A DNA stretch of 64,000 nt, taken from Chrysomallon squamiferum. Its lineage: Eukaryota > Animalia > Mollusca. Where the stretch lies: contig CM022673.1 of assembly GCA_012295275.1 (NCBI GenBank), positions 8,680,001 to 8,744,000 on the forward strand, given 5' to 3'. A model generated the notes under the pieces. That model was not told where the DNA came from. It ran no database searches and saw only the letters and a list, made by a program, of their open reading frames with translations. This document shows positions 16,075-36,480 of the stretch, piece after piece. Position 1 is the first letter of the stretch. Each line of letters begins with the position of its first letter. The position numbers and the translations under genes were made by a program.

Positions 16075-17249
16075 TGTGATAGTTACTAAATTAATGGTCA
16101 ACAGAAACAATCACTGGAAATTCAGGAATTATTGAGATCAAGTGAAAAGTAGAGAATTTTAAGACACATCTGCAATGACAGGCCTTACTATGTACCACAT
16201 TGGTGCCCAATTCACTTGGAACTGATTTTTGTTTCAAATGGATTACATTATAATTTATAATTGGAGGATTTCCTCTTCTTTTCTTAAGTAAGATTCCTCA
16301 CTGCCTCATAGTAAAACTGTACTGGCTGCAATGCTGAGAAAGAAAGAAAAAAAATATATTAATTTTAAAAAACCTTGCAAATTTGCATAATAATATATCA
16401 ATGCAACACTTATTATTAAACTTTGTAAAAGCAAATGATTATATAAATAAAATAAAAGTAATAATAAATAATGAATAAAAGATACAATAATAATAAATGA
16501 CTGCAGAAACAATTTTATTCTGAAAAATATCTAGATATATATGTTTGTAGATGACTTTTACTGATGAAAGTAGTTTGAACAATACCTCACTATCAGATCT
16601 TTGAGTATCAAACATGGTAGATATATGAAAATAATTAATTATGATTCCTACCAACATAAAATTAAAAGTTTTAAAAGCACCTGCCCTGGTAATCATATTT
16701 AACAAGAGTTTCTTTGTTTTAATTCATGTCATCTTTTAATTACAAAAATTAATAATAAAAATAATAAACAAAAGAGTGAAAATATATTCGTTTTACAACT
16801 ATTATTATTAAATTAAATACTATTAATATTAAAAAAATTATTATGTAAACGTAACATACATCTTATGATCTTTAGATATTGCCCTCACTTTCCTTCCAAT
16901 GCACAATCATTAACAGAAATGCAATAAGTATGTTAATCATTAATGTAACGTTCACTGTAGTGACAAATTTCGGGCACCTGTTTTTGTTTCTTTTATCACA
17001 ATTCAGACCCCATAAATTGTGTGTGAAATGAAATATTACTATTAGCGGTACGGGTTAGTCTTATGTCAACAAATTTTTGAAATGTATTACCAATTTATTC
17101 CAATTAATAACATGCGCAATTTATTTTTCAAAAAGTAATAATGAACAGTTAACTTAGATCTAAATTTTGGGCATTATGTAAAAACGTTTTTTACCTTTGA
17201 AACTTAAAAACAATTATATAAGACTTTTTTTCTTTCCAAGTTTTGACAA

Positions 17250-18141
17250 TTAAGGTGGAAAACGTCATCACTTTCTGTTTTATGCTCAGTGTTCACAAAT
17301 TATGTACCTAATAATTAACCGAAAAGTACCGAAAAGTCACGAAAATAAGACTTTGAACTCTTTTAACGAATTCAATGTCGCACATTGATTAGCATAATAA
17401 TGGTGGCAAAAAAGATGTACCATGCTGATTTCAGCCTTTCTGAAGTAGCGATATTATTCTTAATTAGTTTTTTCCACAAGTATTTACTAATAACATAAAA
17501 AAAAACCTTCAAGGACAAAGCTAATTTTATGTACGTAGTTCTCTATTTTCTTGATTTTTTTGCCCTAATTATTTCATTAGTTAGATTTAAAATATTATTA
17601 ATATATGTGCATGTGTACATATGTATGATAGATAATAAATTCCATAGTATTTTTCCATAGTATGGATCATTTTATTCATGTAAATTCTCTGAAAATATCA
17701 CAAGATTTAACTTTTAAAAAGTTGTTTTTATTTATTATTCTTAATAACAATAACAATAACAACAACAACAACAACAACAACAACAATAATATTCGTTATG
17801 ATGGTGATAATATTAATCAGAATATTAATCACAATAAATTTAACAGCAACTTAATATTTTGGTCACATAATCGAATTAATTGAAAAAAATTACGAGATTT
17901 ATTAGTGTTGATTCATTTTGTATCACATTTTATTTATCATAATAAATATATTAGTCTTAACTATATAGCTGAGATCCAGACTAAATGATATTATTTTTAT
18001 GTTACAATGAATCATATTGTAAAAATGACGTGATTTCGCTTTTTGACGGTTTTTACTCAACCCACTTCTATTCACAAGAGTTGATGACGTAGAACGAACC
18101 ATGTGCGCGATTTTCCATTCTGCAAGCAATCAGTGACGGGA
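17250..18141. promoter_or_regulatory. Divergent promoter region between tetraspanin (-) and PRMT1 (+)
   Basis: Head-to-head genes under 1 kb apart at their inferred 5' exons; local CpG enrichment; TGACG (CRE/ATF half-site) at 18026, 18044, 18085 and 18134. Confidence 0.55.
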
Positions 18142-25000
<6,859 letters not shown>

Positions 25001-25542
25001 GCTTAAAAACAATTTTCACCGATTACAGCATACTCCTGGACTCGCCTGGTTTTGAACAACTGACCTTGACCATGCAGAGGCACCAGTGTCACTGCTGGCT
25101 GTTATGATGATGGTACCTGTGGTGCCAGTAGCTTGCAGCTGTTGAAAGCTGTGTGCCTGGTACCACTTCCAGACAATTTGGTGCAGTTGTGAGGGACAGA
25201 ATGTTCTGATAAAATGTTAAATATAACTCTTCTAATTATCAACCTGAAAATAATATTAAGTTTATTGTCATCTCCAGTTCTCAGTAAGGATAAAATGTTT
25301 TACTGCTACTTAAAATACTTCTAAAATCATCTTCTTGTGTTTGACTCCTGACATCGTGAAATATATAAATAACAGAACATAAATCTTGAAATCCTTTGTG
25401 AGTTTTACTTAGAATAATGAGCACTGTTTTACAATAGATGTCGGTTTAAAAAGTTTGAAGAATTATTCGTAATAGTGGAACTGACATTTAACTCGTACTT
25501 ATTTTATCATTTTTCTTCTACTTATCATCAGTTTATCAGTAA

Positions 25543-25548
25543 AATAAA
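25543..25548 (+). terminator. Candidate PRMT1 polyadenylation signal
   Basis: AATAAA about 540 nt after the stop, followed by GT/T-rich sequence (tctgtttgtc). Confidence 0.5.
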
Positions 25549-26929
25549 ATAACACAGATCTGTTTGTCAGCTTTATTTCCCTATCATTCTGGCCAATTTT
25601 TGTTACAAAATGAAATTTCAATTTAATACTTCACTTTGATCTCTCCATCAGTTAACTTAATTATAACTTTAATAATTTTTTATTTTTATTTTTTATATAA
25701 ATGTAATCCAAATTAAAGACTGATGGAGATGCTTAGTAAACAATTTTTACTTTCGGTCAACTACTAATTTTAAGCTCACATTTGTTGTAATATGTTCATT
25801 GTCTATTAATATTAATGTGGATATAGCTTGAGTGTTTTCATAAAGAGCTACAACAAAAATAATAATTTGTGATTTCTAAGCTGCAAGCCAAAGTTTTCCA
25901 ACAAACTGACATGTCTTTATAGCAATAATATTAATAATAAATGAATTTTGAAGAAGAAAAAAGTTATAATTTAAGATGTATATTTTAAAGACAAAATTGT
26001 TTGACATTAGCATTATTATTATTATTACATTTTTTTTTTTTTTTTTTTTTTTAAATAAGATTTAAAGTTTATTTTATGGCTTCTAGTCATTAAATATTTG
26101 AAGCTGAATTTCTGAATATTTAAAATTTTTATCTATGGTTGTGGCTTAATCCATTTACTTGGTTGCTCTCTCATCAGGATTTATGAATTTCTTTTTAAAA
26201 TGCAATTGAATTCTTTAATTAAATTTTTAAAATTGTCTCCAGTTTCATTACTTATTTCATTAATCATTTTTTGTGCTTGATAAATTGTCATGTCTTATAG
26301 ATCTATCTTTTTTTCTCTCACTGAATTACGATGCATTTGTAAATAGCATTTTATGTGTACACAACGTAAGAGTAAAAAAAAATTTAAAAAAAAGAATTAA
26401 AGAATTGTTTTGTAATGCTTCAGTTTCTTTTGTTGTTTTTATTTTTACTTTTACAGTGTGGAGATCACAGCCTGATAGAGAATTATAGGTCAAAAGTGCT
26501 GAACCTTCTGATAAAGAATACAGTAGATTTATTGCAAAATCACCTTGCTATTTAGATGATAAAGAAATGCATTGTTTGCTTTTTTGGTTTGAAATTGGTT
26601 TGTAAAGTAATTTTGTATAATCATAATTAAGAATAAGACCAGATATCCATCAGGAAGATCGGAAAAGCTGAAAGTGTAACAAAGTTTTCTGGTTATCTTT
26701 CTTTTTTTTTTTTTTCTTTTGCAGTTATGTCCCCTGCATTTCCTATTTAGCGTTTCGAGAATCATTTTAATGTGGATTATTAGGAAAGATGGAATGGGAA
26801 TGAACAAAAGTTGGAAGAATGTTTTAGTGTGGATAAAGTTTTAAAATTTCGGATGGCGTGGCAATTTGGTTTGAAAGTAGTTGGTTGACGTGAAGTTTAG
26901 AATTGATTTTTGTTAAAAGATACTGTGTT

Positions 26930-27075
26930 ATATTCCAGCTAGAACATTAAAGCCTAAGATGCATGCAGTTATGTCTGTGGGAAGCTTCGTGTAAATTTGC
27001 TGTTTGAGGTCACAAGAAAAATGTATCGGGTTTCATCTTGAAGCAGTAGTTATTCAACATGCTGCAGTGGTGAAA
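26930..27075 (+). mobile_element. Decayed SINE body (Meta-domain-like, family A)
   Basis: TGTCTGTGGGAAG (26972-26984) matches the inverted copy at 28929-28941 at 12/13 nt. GAAAAATGTATCGGGTTTC resembles a gastropod SINE I recall; not database-verified. Confidence 0.45.
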
Positions 27076-27759
27076 TAATTTTGTGTGTGAATAATATATT
27101 CATTTCAGCTTTATTGACAAAAAATGCATGCATTCTTTTAGATTCAGTTCTTTCATCATAATTATTATAAAACAATATTTAAGCTTAGGCATTTTATTTA
27201 TTTGTTTATTAGCATCATCGTTATTATTTCCCCTCTTTCTTCTCAAAAGACATAAGAAGACATCGTGAACAGGCGAATTCTCGACCACAATGGTGACGGA
27301 TGAGAAACTTGTTTGAACTAACATTTGAAATGTGACTTCTGGCATTTTCTAACCTCCCTTTATTCGCGCTTCAGCGGCGAAAGAACCGAACATAACAAAA
27401 TGCCGATGAAAACTACTTCTGTCATCATCTAGACCTAAACTCCCTGGGACAAATACAATAATCTATAGCCATGTTTTATTTTCTCATAGGTGAAAACGAG
27501 TGCTGTGGCGTAATCGATACGGACACCAGCTGTAAAGTCTTTCCTTCAATACAAGCGATTTAATAAAGAGCTAATTAGATTTTTAAGGTCATGTCAGCAT
27601 GTCGCTTTGACCCCGAGGGGACACGATTATTTGCATGGAAATGAAAGTAGTGAAAACTGGATGAAAAAGAAAAAAAAAAAAAAGAAGATTGGAAAAAAAA
27701 AAAAAAAAAAAAAAAAAATTAAAGAAAAGAAAAAACAAACTTTTATTCTATATGAAATA

Positions 27760-27850
27760 TTTAAAAAGTTTGAAAAATGGATTCAGAACCGCATTATTTT
27801 ATATATATATATTTTTGTCTACTTTTCATCAGTTTATCAGTAAAATAAAA
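27760..27850 (+). repeat. Partial direct copy of the PRMT1 3' end (25445-25549), including AATAAA
   Basis: 27818-27850 matches 25517-25549 at 32/33 nt; TTTAAAAAGTTTGAA is shared at 27760 and 25445. Confidence 0.85.
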
Positions 27851-28333
27851 GCAAGAAGTAGGCCAGTATATTTTTCGAATTTTCGAGTGAAAAAGAAAAA
27901 GACATAAACCAAACAGACTCGAGATATAATTTAATAAATCGTTGGATTAATTTGATAATAGGTTGTTCAACATGAAAATTTTCACAAATTTGGGGGAGAA
28001 AAATGAAAAAAACGAACCCATAGGTTATATATATATCGATCTAGCATAACTATGACGCCATTTTATAAAAAGGTCATGATAAGAAGATGGAGTTTAGAAA
28101 TTATTTACCCAATTTTGTCAGAAACTGGATTTACATCCCACATAAACAAGTTTATCTTGTGATAAAAAAGTAAAAATAGAAACTAAATAATCAAAGCTGA
28201 CATTACTGTATTTAAATTTTATCTGTGATAATTTGTAAGAAAAATAAATAATAAAAACATCAAATGTAGTTCCTGTTTGTATGATTTGTTAAATAAATAA
28301 AATAATTCATTGATTATTATCAATTTAGGCAGA

Positions 28334-28336
<3 letters not shown>

Positions 28337-28392
<56 letters not shown>
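28337..28392. repeat. (CT)n microsatellite
   Basis: Direct reading. Confidence 0.95.
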
Positions 28393-28416
<24 letters not shown>

Positions 28417-28879
28417 TTTTATATATTAGCAACGTTATTCGTTTGTTGTTATATTTTTTACGTACTAATTTATTTTATTTTATTTATTTATTTATAGTTC
28501 ATTTATTAAATTATTTTATTTTTAATATGTTTTTCTTTTTTAAATTCAGAAAACATAAATCATTTTCTTTAACTGATCAAATACAAATTATTTTGCTAGC
28601 TCTAAATAACAATAGTTTATACGAATGAGCAATTCGGCACGCTTCCAAACTTATGTCTTTACCTGTATTTATTTATTAAGTTATGAGCTATGTATTAACC
28701 ATATATATAAGGGATTTGTTGGTCTATATTATAGGGGGGTTAGAACACTTATTTTTGGACAACACATACTGGAATATTTTAAAATTTGCGATGAAAAGAT
28801 TGTTTAACAAGTTTTCTGGAACATATTTATATAATCTGTACTAAATGGAAAACATTTGGTATAGTGATTGCATTCATAA

Positions 28880-29080
28880 TATAGAGAAAACGTTGTTCAC
28901 TTAGCAGCTAAATATATTTAATATTCGTCTTCCCATAGACAGGATAACGTAACTCAGTAACACCTTTTGTTTATCAGTTATAGAACATTAACAGGAATGG
29001 TAACTAGCTGAACAGGAGAAAGGAAACTTCGGCTCAGGTCTGTAATGTGTAACCAAAGCACACACCATCCAACTGTGATG
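28880..29080 (-). mobile_element. Decayed SINE (Meta-domain-like, family A)
   Basis: TTAGCAGC...TCCCATAGACAGGATA...CCTTTTG...CAGT collinear with the copies at 26930 (inverted) and 62440. Family name is from recall. Confidence 0.5.
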
Positions 29081-29967
29081 GTTTCTGAGATCGGAAAATC
29101 TCATCATTTTACAAGTATTATTGAAAACATATCTCGAAGAAAAGACTTGGTGATGTGATAGCCCGATTTTCAAACTGATTGCCTTTAATATTGACTAATA
29201 CTGATCTGTGTCATGTTTTGGGAAAGAAAAATGACAGTTTAGTTATGGAAAATATTTTTTTTTCTTTCTTCCTCTGTCTCTCTGCCTTCGTTTATTTTTT
29301 CTTTATTTTTTTTTATAAATTAAGACTCGGCATTGTTTGATGTACAAATCAAGATGTCATTCGTTCACAGGCGATGGAATCCAATATTGTCGACTTAGAA
29401 GTGGCCATTCGTAAATGTGGCACTAGTAATGGAAATGGATTTTCGCTCCCATTGGGTTGATCAACTTGATCGTTTGATTGTGAACTAAATCTCGTCCGTT
29501 TAGAAAGCAAATTATCGCCTTTAGACTTTTTTCCTCGACTAACAGTGGAAATGTGCAATAGGGATTTATAAATGGCGATTTTGGTTATCGATTGGTTCAC
29601 GCTGTGAACGATTATTCAAGATGGCAACGTCATAAATATGAGGGCTAAAAAATCGAGTTAAGGCTTCGTTAATTTTATATGTCTAACGTAATAATTTGAT
29701 ACTAATGTCGCCCAAGAAAGATGCATCGCAGTAGGTTAGAACTAACTAGCCAATGATAGCTCCGAATGATTTTATTTGCATGTCATAACCACATCTGCCA
29801 TGCTCGAATACCTGTCTGTTACAATGAGATACCGTTTATCGTCTTGCACAGTAGCGTTTGACGCTGTGATGCAGCCTAGCCTAATGTTTGGGACCAAACT
29901 TTAGTAAAATAATATACTAATTAAAAATAATAACAATAAAAAAAAAAAAAAATCTAAATAATTGGAC

Positions 29968-29971
<4 letters not shown>

Positions 29972-30057
<86 letters not shown>

Positions 30058-30071
30058 AAAAAAAAAAAAAA
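29972..30071. repeat. ~100-nt interrupted poly(A) tract
   Basis: Direct reading. Confidence 0.9.
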
Positions 30072-31711
30072 GTAATGAAGCAACAAATAAAAGGATTTAA
30101 ATCAGCAGCAGCTTTTACCACTACTCTCACTGCAACGATGCACTCACTATAACCAACTACTGCTACAATCATTATTACTTTAAACCACCACTAATATTAC
30201 AACTACACTTAATGCTTCTAGTACTGCTGCTGATTCTGTTATTACCACCATTTCCTCTCTAGCTGTTACAAATTAGCAATACCGTTACTACTAATGAGTA
30301 ATGATTTCAACAGCTACAACATAATAATAACGGACTAAATACAGGAATAAAGAAAATGAAATGAAAATTAATTTTAAAATGTTAAGGATATGTTAAGATA
30401 TGACAAAAAGTTAAACAAATATTCATCTTACAAATAATCTTTTGTATACTTTTCATCTTGCATTAATCTAGAAACAGTGTATTAAAATAACTGTTTAACG
30501 TTTGTCACGTTCTTAGATGCACCTAAAATAATCTCTCTTTTTTTTTTCTATTATATTAACCGTATCGATCATTCTGATACCACTTTAATTAAGCGTATTC
30601 TTTGACTTGAGTTCAGTGTTGTCATATATTAGAAAAGTATATTATTTCCTTCAGTAAAGATGCACGACTCGTCTCCTCGTGCACTGACCGCCGTGTAAAC
30701 AACTTTTCTAGTCAACCTCATCAAGATATTAATTTAACCTCATCACTGCCAGAAAATATATTAATCGTTTTATGACATCTACTGTCGACATCAATTTCAT
30801 TAAGTAATTACCAAAGAACATTTTTCTTCATATTTCTTCCTCTTTTTTTTTCTTTCTTTTTTTTGTAGTCAATACAAATTGATTTAGAATGTATTTTATT
30901 TTTGGGAAAGCAATTTTGACATTTTTTTTTCTTCTTTTATTTCATCATGTCGACAACTTTAATTTGTAAAGATGGATCTTTGTGTCTTGTGTATAATAAT
31001 TTACTACACCCAAAATTTGTGATCGCTACTGAATAAAATAATGCAATCTGTCGAAGGATCGTTGAACTTTATTATGTATTTTTAATTATCATATGAAAAT
31101 GTATTTTTGTTTAGACAAAGTAAGCTTATCTAATAGCCTTCACCAGATTTTAATATTTTTTTCTTTTATTTTGTATTTGTTTCAGCTTGGTTGTGTAAAA
31201 AAAAAAAAAAAAAAAAAAAATCAAGCAAACAAATAAACAAAAAAGAAAAGAAAGAGAAAAGATAAAAAATAATCTTATCCTGAAATCAAGTTATCTAGAG
31301 AATTAGGTTACGACCTATTTTTGCCGACATATAAATACGCTAGTGTGTGTGTGTGTGTGTGTTATAATGGTATCATTATTTTCAAAGTTATATGACTATA
31401 ATGACTGTTTTCTTCACCCTTTTTGATTATTAGATATTAGATCCACCCAGATTTAATTCAATTTTATTTCTTTCATTCTTTCTTTCTTTTTTGCTTTTTT
31501 CAAAATTATTTCCCTTCTTTTGTCTTTCTTTCACTAATTTCTTCTTTCGTTCTTTCTAAATCGTCGACCCATTTAATCAAAATCAAAATAAATACATAAA
31601 TAAATAAATTAAACAAAAATTTAAAATAAAATTAAATAAAATTAAATAAATCGACAATCAAACAAAAATAATTATAATAAATTAAATAAATAAATAAATA
31701 ATAATAAAATT

Positions 31712-31755
<44 letters not shown>

Positions 31756-32578
31756 AAGACGAAAGAAAATGGAGAACCGGCGCTTTTTGGGGCTTTCCAC
31801 GTAATAATCCAAAAGGATTTGCTGACGTCGCGCAGTGTCGGCTCCTACAAAGCGAGATGCGCGAGACTTTGCCCATCTGACAGTCGCTTATTCTTAATCA
31901 ATGAGTTTTGCTTCCAAACTTGACTGAACCAGTCAATAAACAAACTATTGCAGACAGGTCTTCTTCTATCTTGCGATAAGGACGAAAAAAAAAAAAAAAG
32001 AAGAAGAAAAAAATCACAAAAAGGCATCTAACTTGACGTGTGACGTTCTAGTTACGTAAAATCGAAGGAGGAGATTAAAACCAAGATACTGTACCCCTTT
32101 GATCATTTCAATATATAAAGCCAGTGACATATATAATCACTTAGGAATTAAGAATATTGATTGTGATTGTTATCCTTAATGCTCTGTTACGAAGAGTTTA
32201 TAGGCAAAATAAGATTTTTGTTTTATTTTATTAAAGTGGTGGTGCTACGAACAAACAGACTAAATGCATTTTACTATTATTATTATTATTATTATTACAG
32301 CCCTATTTTTTCTAATAATAGCTTTGTAGATAAGAACAAACACTGGAATCTTAGGTAGGATTCATGCTTTTTTTAAATTTTATTTTTTATCTGAACGAAT
32401 CGACGTCATGAAAACAATTGGCGCAGTTCCTTACTGGTGATTCTATCGACGCACTTTATTATTATGAAAGGTTGTTGTCGAGTCTCATTTGGAAGAATGC
32501 AGAATGTTTTTATTTGGTACTAAAACTCTACGGCAGCAGTAAAGACATCAGCACATGTTATTTGTGTAGGTAAATAAG

Positions 32579-32680
<102 letters not shown>

Positions 32681-32939
32681 GTCGGGTAAATTTATGTTAA
32701 CACCTGTTTTTATAAATTAAGTAATTTAAAAAAATATATATTTTTATATATAACTTTAAAACAAATAAGAATAATAGCATTTTAAGTTATTTAGCAATTC
32801 TCTTCACTCAGCAGTTAAAATTATTCTCGGATTATCGAAACTCATCAACGCTTGACCCCAATTAACGTTGCGCTCTTTATAATGGCGTCTTCATAAGCAG
32901 ACATTTCAATAATTTTCGAATTCATTACCCGAATGTGTC

Positions 32940-33240
32940 TGCAGGTTTTCTTTTGGCGCGTAAAACAAACGTTAGCGGTTTATGTGCGATCCAGTCGTGT
33001 GTTGCCTGGAACTCTCCACGTCTGAGCAGACGAACCCGGGTCGGGCGGAAGTCCATTGATTACGTTTATTTCACGTCATTAATTCGTGTTGGACGATTTA
33101 GTGTTCTTTTATTTTCCAATCTATATGTGTCACAACATTCGATTTCTTAAGTAAAACACAAACATGGTCGATCTTTATTTATTTTTTATTTCATCTTTTT
33201 TTTTTTTTTTTATTTCGTGATTCACTTAGCTGACGTCACT
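32940..33240. promoter_or_regulatory. CpG-rich promoter/enhancer-like motif cluster
   Basis: E2F-like TTTGGCGC (32952), GC box/ETS GGGCGGAAGT (33043-33052), TCACGTCA (33071), full CRE TGACGTCA (33231). Confidence 0.4.
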
Positions 33241-33570
33241 AATGACATTGTTCTGTTAAAGGGACTATTATTCAAGAAATTATTCCAGTTTCCTTTCTTT
33301 TTTATGTCACAATCAAAAGCCGTTATTTCTTGATTATGAGAAGGTGCTTATAAAATATAACTTGCTGCTAATCGATATACCAGCTCACGAATTTCAGTAG
33401 TTACTCTTGTATCAACATGCCTATAAAACAGAATGACTGAAGTCTGGCATATATAAATATTTTAAAATGTGTTGGAAGTAATTTGTATGTGTTCAAATGA
33501 TGAAACAGGTAGTATTTTCTAAACAATATTATCATGGACATCAAAATGTGTTATCTGTAGGTCAGGATCA

Positions 33571-33572
<2 letters not shown>

Positions 33573-33662
<90 letters not shown>

Positions 33663-33682
33663 GTGTGTGTGTGTATGTGTGT
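33573..33682. repeat. (CT)n-(GT)n microsatellite
   Basis: Direct reading. Confidence 0.95.
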
Positions 33683-36377
33683 CATACACTATTTTCCATT
33701 CATTTAACAACAAGAATAATGTACCTCATTCTAGATATACGAAATCAAAACTCCTCTTGCAAAATGAAATTCTCAAACATAATTTGTCTAGCCTAATTTG
33801 AGCCACAACTTTTTGAACGAGACTGGCTTTCGGTGCACCGTGCACCATTTTAATTGATACCACCATAACTGTCCATAGTGGTACTTTCCGGTGATTGGTT
33901 ATTGACGGGAAATATTGCTGCTCTGCTTATTTTTCTGATTGAAATACGTACGCGGACCACAATGCAACGTTTGCTTCACTGCATCGTTTTGCTCTTTTTT
34001 TCGTTTCGTTGTCAGTTTTATGTTGATTAAAATCCATGTTGTTGTATGAGAAGTCGTTTAGTTGTCAATTTTTAGTGATGTCGGTGGTTTGTGACTTTAT
34101 TTGAGACGTCTCAATACATTGTTATCTTGACACGTTTAATACAAAATGAAATTATATTCTATATAAATAAATATATATGTATATAAATAAATACACACAT
34201 AATTTATAATGTGATACGGGTGAGCATATTTATTTTTAATTATTAAAGTTTCTTCTTTGTTTTCGTATCCACACCTTTCTCTCTATTTCTTCGTTTTTTC
34301 ATTTCTTTTTCTTTTTCTTTTTTTCTTTTCATTTTTCTTTTATTATTTAATTTTATTATTTATTTGTTTATTCAATTGCTTCATAACTTCATTTCAGGTT
34401 TCAGTGTTGTGTACCTTCGTTCGTTCTTCCTGTTTAAATAAAATAATAAAAAAAAGAAATTTTAAAAGTACACTTGAAAATCGATGCGAAACGCTAAATG
34501 TCCCATATTACGTCATAAAGATTAAATTGTCTCAACTATGTGTTTGTTAAAACAGAAAGTCCAGCGTATAGAAAAATGATAACAGAAACTTTATAAATTA
34601 TTTAGACCTAATATTTCTGTACGGATATTGGTTTATTATACACGACATCTCCAGGGTTATATATAACCAGACTATACGACCAACGAGAGTTGTTACCGAA
34701 AATTAAAAGAAACGAAAAAAGGAAATAGAAATACATTATATAACGAAAAAGGATTAAATATTTAATTAAGTTAGCGACAGGAAATGTTTTGTTTGTTTAG
34801 ATATAATTAATCACGTCCGATTTATTACAGTTAACGCTCTGTATTACCTTCGTGAAAATAAATAATCATTATTATTTTATTAAATTATTTTTATTTCTTC
34901 ATTTCGCTGCAATAACTAATACTATTTTCAGCATCTTTCGGATTACAAGCATACGCACGTTTGTTAAAATAGATGTGGACTTAAGTAAGTACGTACTACA
35001 TACATGCATGCTCACGCCTGCATATATATATATATAAACACATACATAGACACACACAATCATAGTTACCGGTAATAAGGACAGGAAGCTGAAGATACCA
35101 TAACAATATACTGTAAGTTGTAATAAAGTAGTTGCAATGAGTTATGATAATGATATTTTTTTCAGGCATTTATATCTACAGTCTTATTGTTGCCACTTTT
35201 CATTTGCTAATTATAAAGTATCAGTTACGTGTTTTATTATTCTTACATTTCGATTCTGGTGACTTTACTATCGATAACGTTAAGAGACATTGTTTTAAAA
35301 TTTATTTTTGATATGCCCATAGTGAAACGCAGTTATCAACACACCACTGAATAGAGGTCAGTTTGAACTAAACCGTTAGCAAACATATTATAGATCAAGC
35401 GAGTATTCATTTTTTAAGTCAAAGACACCAACCGTTCTAATAATATGTGAAATTAAAAAAAAAAAAAGGGTAGTTCAAGATACAATATCTCGATCTTTCG
35501 ACCACAGGGAAATAAAACTACTTGTAATCATGGTTTCTAAACAAGAGATTCCGCTGACATAGGAAAAAGTAATTCCGAGAAATTTAATTTCTTAAATATT
35601 GCCAATGTTTTTTGTGTTTTTTTTTTGCATTTTTTTTACCTCCCTTGTCAGACCTCAATTTGTGATATTGGCGCAGTTTATAAATTGCTACACACCATTA
35701 ATCATTCATCTGATTTCTTATTGTTTTTGGGTTTGTTTTTTATTGTTGTTGTTTTCTTTAGTTAATTTCTTATTTATTTTAAAATTTATTTTCTTATCTC
35801 TTCGAGTCCAATCTTTTTAATTTAATCTATTTATTCTTTATTTTTCAACTTGTTTTTTTCTTTTTCTTTCTTCTCTTGATTTCTTTCTCTTTTTTTCTTT
35901 CTTATTCTTTAATTATGATCATTTATTTTAAAATACTTATAAAAATAAATTACAAAATAAAAATAAATTAAAAACTAATTCACATCATCTTCCGTAAAGT
36001 ATTATCGTACCGAATGGCTACTTGAAATCAATATGGTCCGCAAGATATTCACTCGGGCCTCGCTAGAATCCTTCAACAGAAAGACCAAAAGCGAAAGATA
36101 TCTAAAGAAATTTGTTCCGTCCATACAACGATGGTTTCTTGTTCATTGTCCTGTGGACATGTTTATTGGATGGGCTTCGTTGGCCCCGGAGCCAAGTGCG
36201 GGAAATTCTATTGATGACAGCGATGGTCAGACTTAATTAACGTTGTATACAACACAAATTAGCGGCTCCCATTCATCAAATCTCGGCATCGATGGAGGAA
36301 TACCTCCATTTTACAAAATCGTCGACTGGTCGCTGTTGGTTTACTCATCCAGCGTTCGCGACTAGCTAAACTGGTTC

Positions 36378-36480
36378 CCAAAACAAATACGCCTGTGTAT
36401 TTAATTCAGGATCCGTGTGATTTCCAAAACAAATACGCGCGTGTCTTTAATTTGATATTTGTCAGATTTCTAAAGTAAAT
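36378..36480. repeat. Degenerate tandem repeat, 46-bp period, about 2.2 copies
   Basis: CCAAAACAAATACGC..GTGT.TTTAATT at 36378 and 36424; partial third unit at 36470. Confidence 0.75.

Noticed and set aside
25104-25166. SECIS-like ATGA in the PRMT1 3'UTR
   Set aside because: No apical AA at the right spacing, and PRMT1 has no in-frame TGA.
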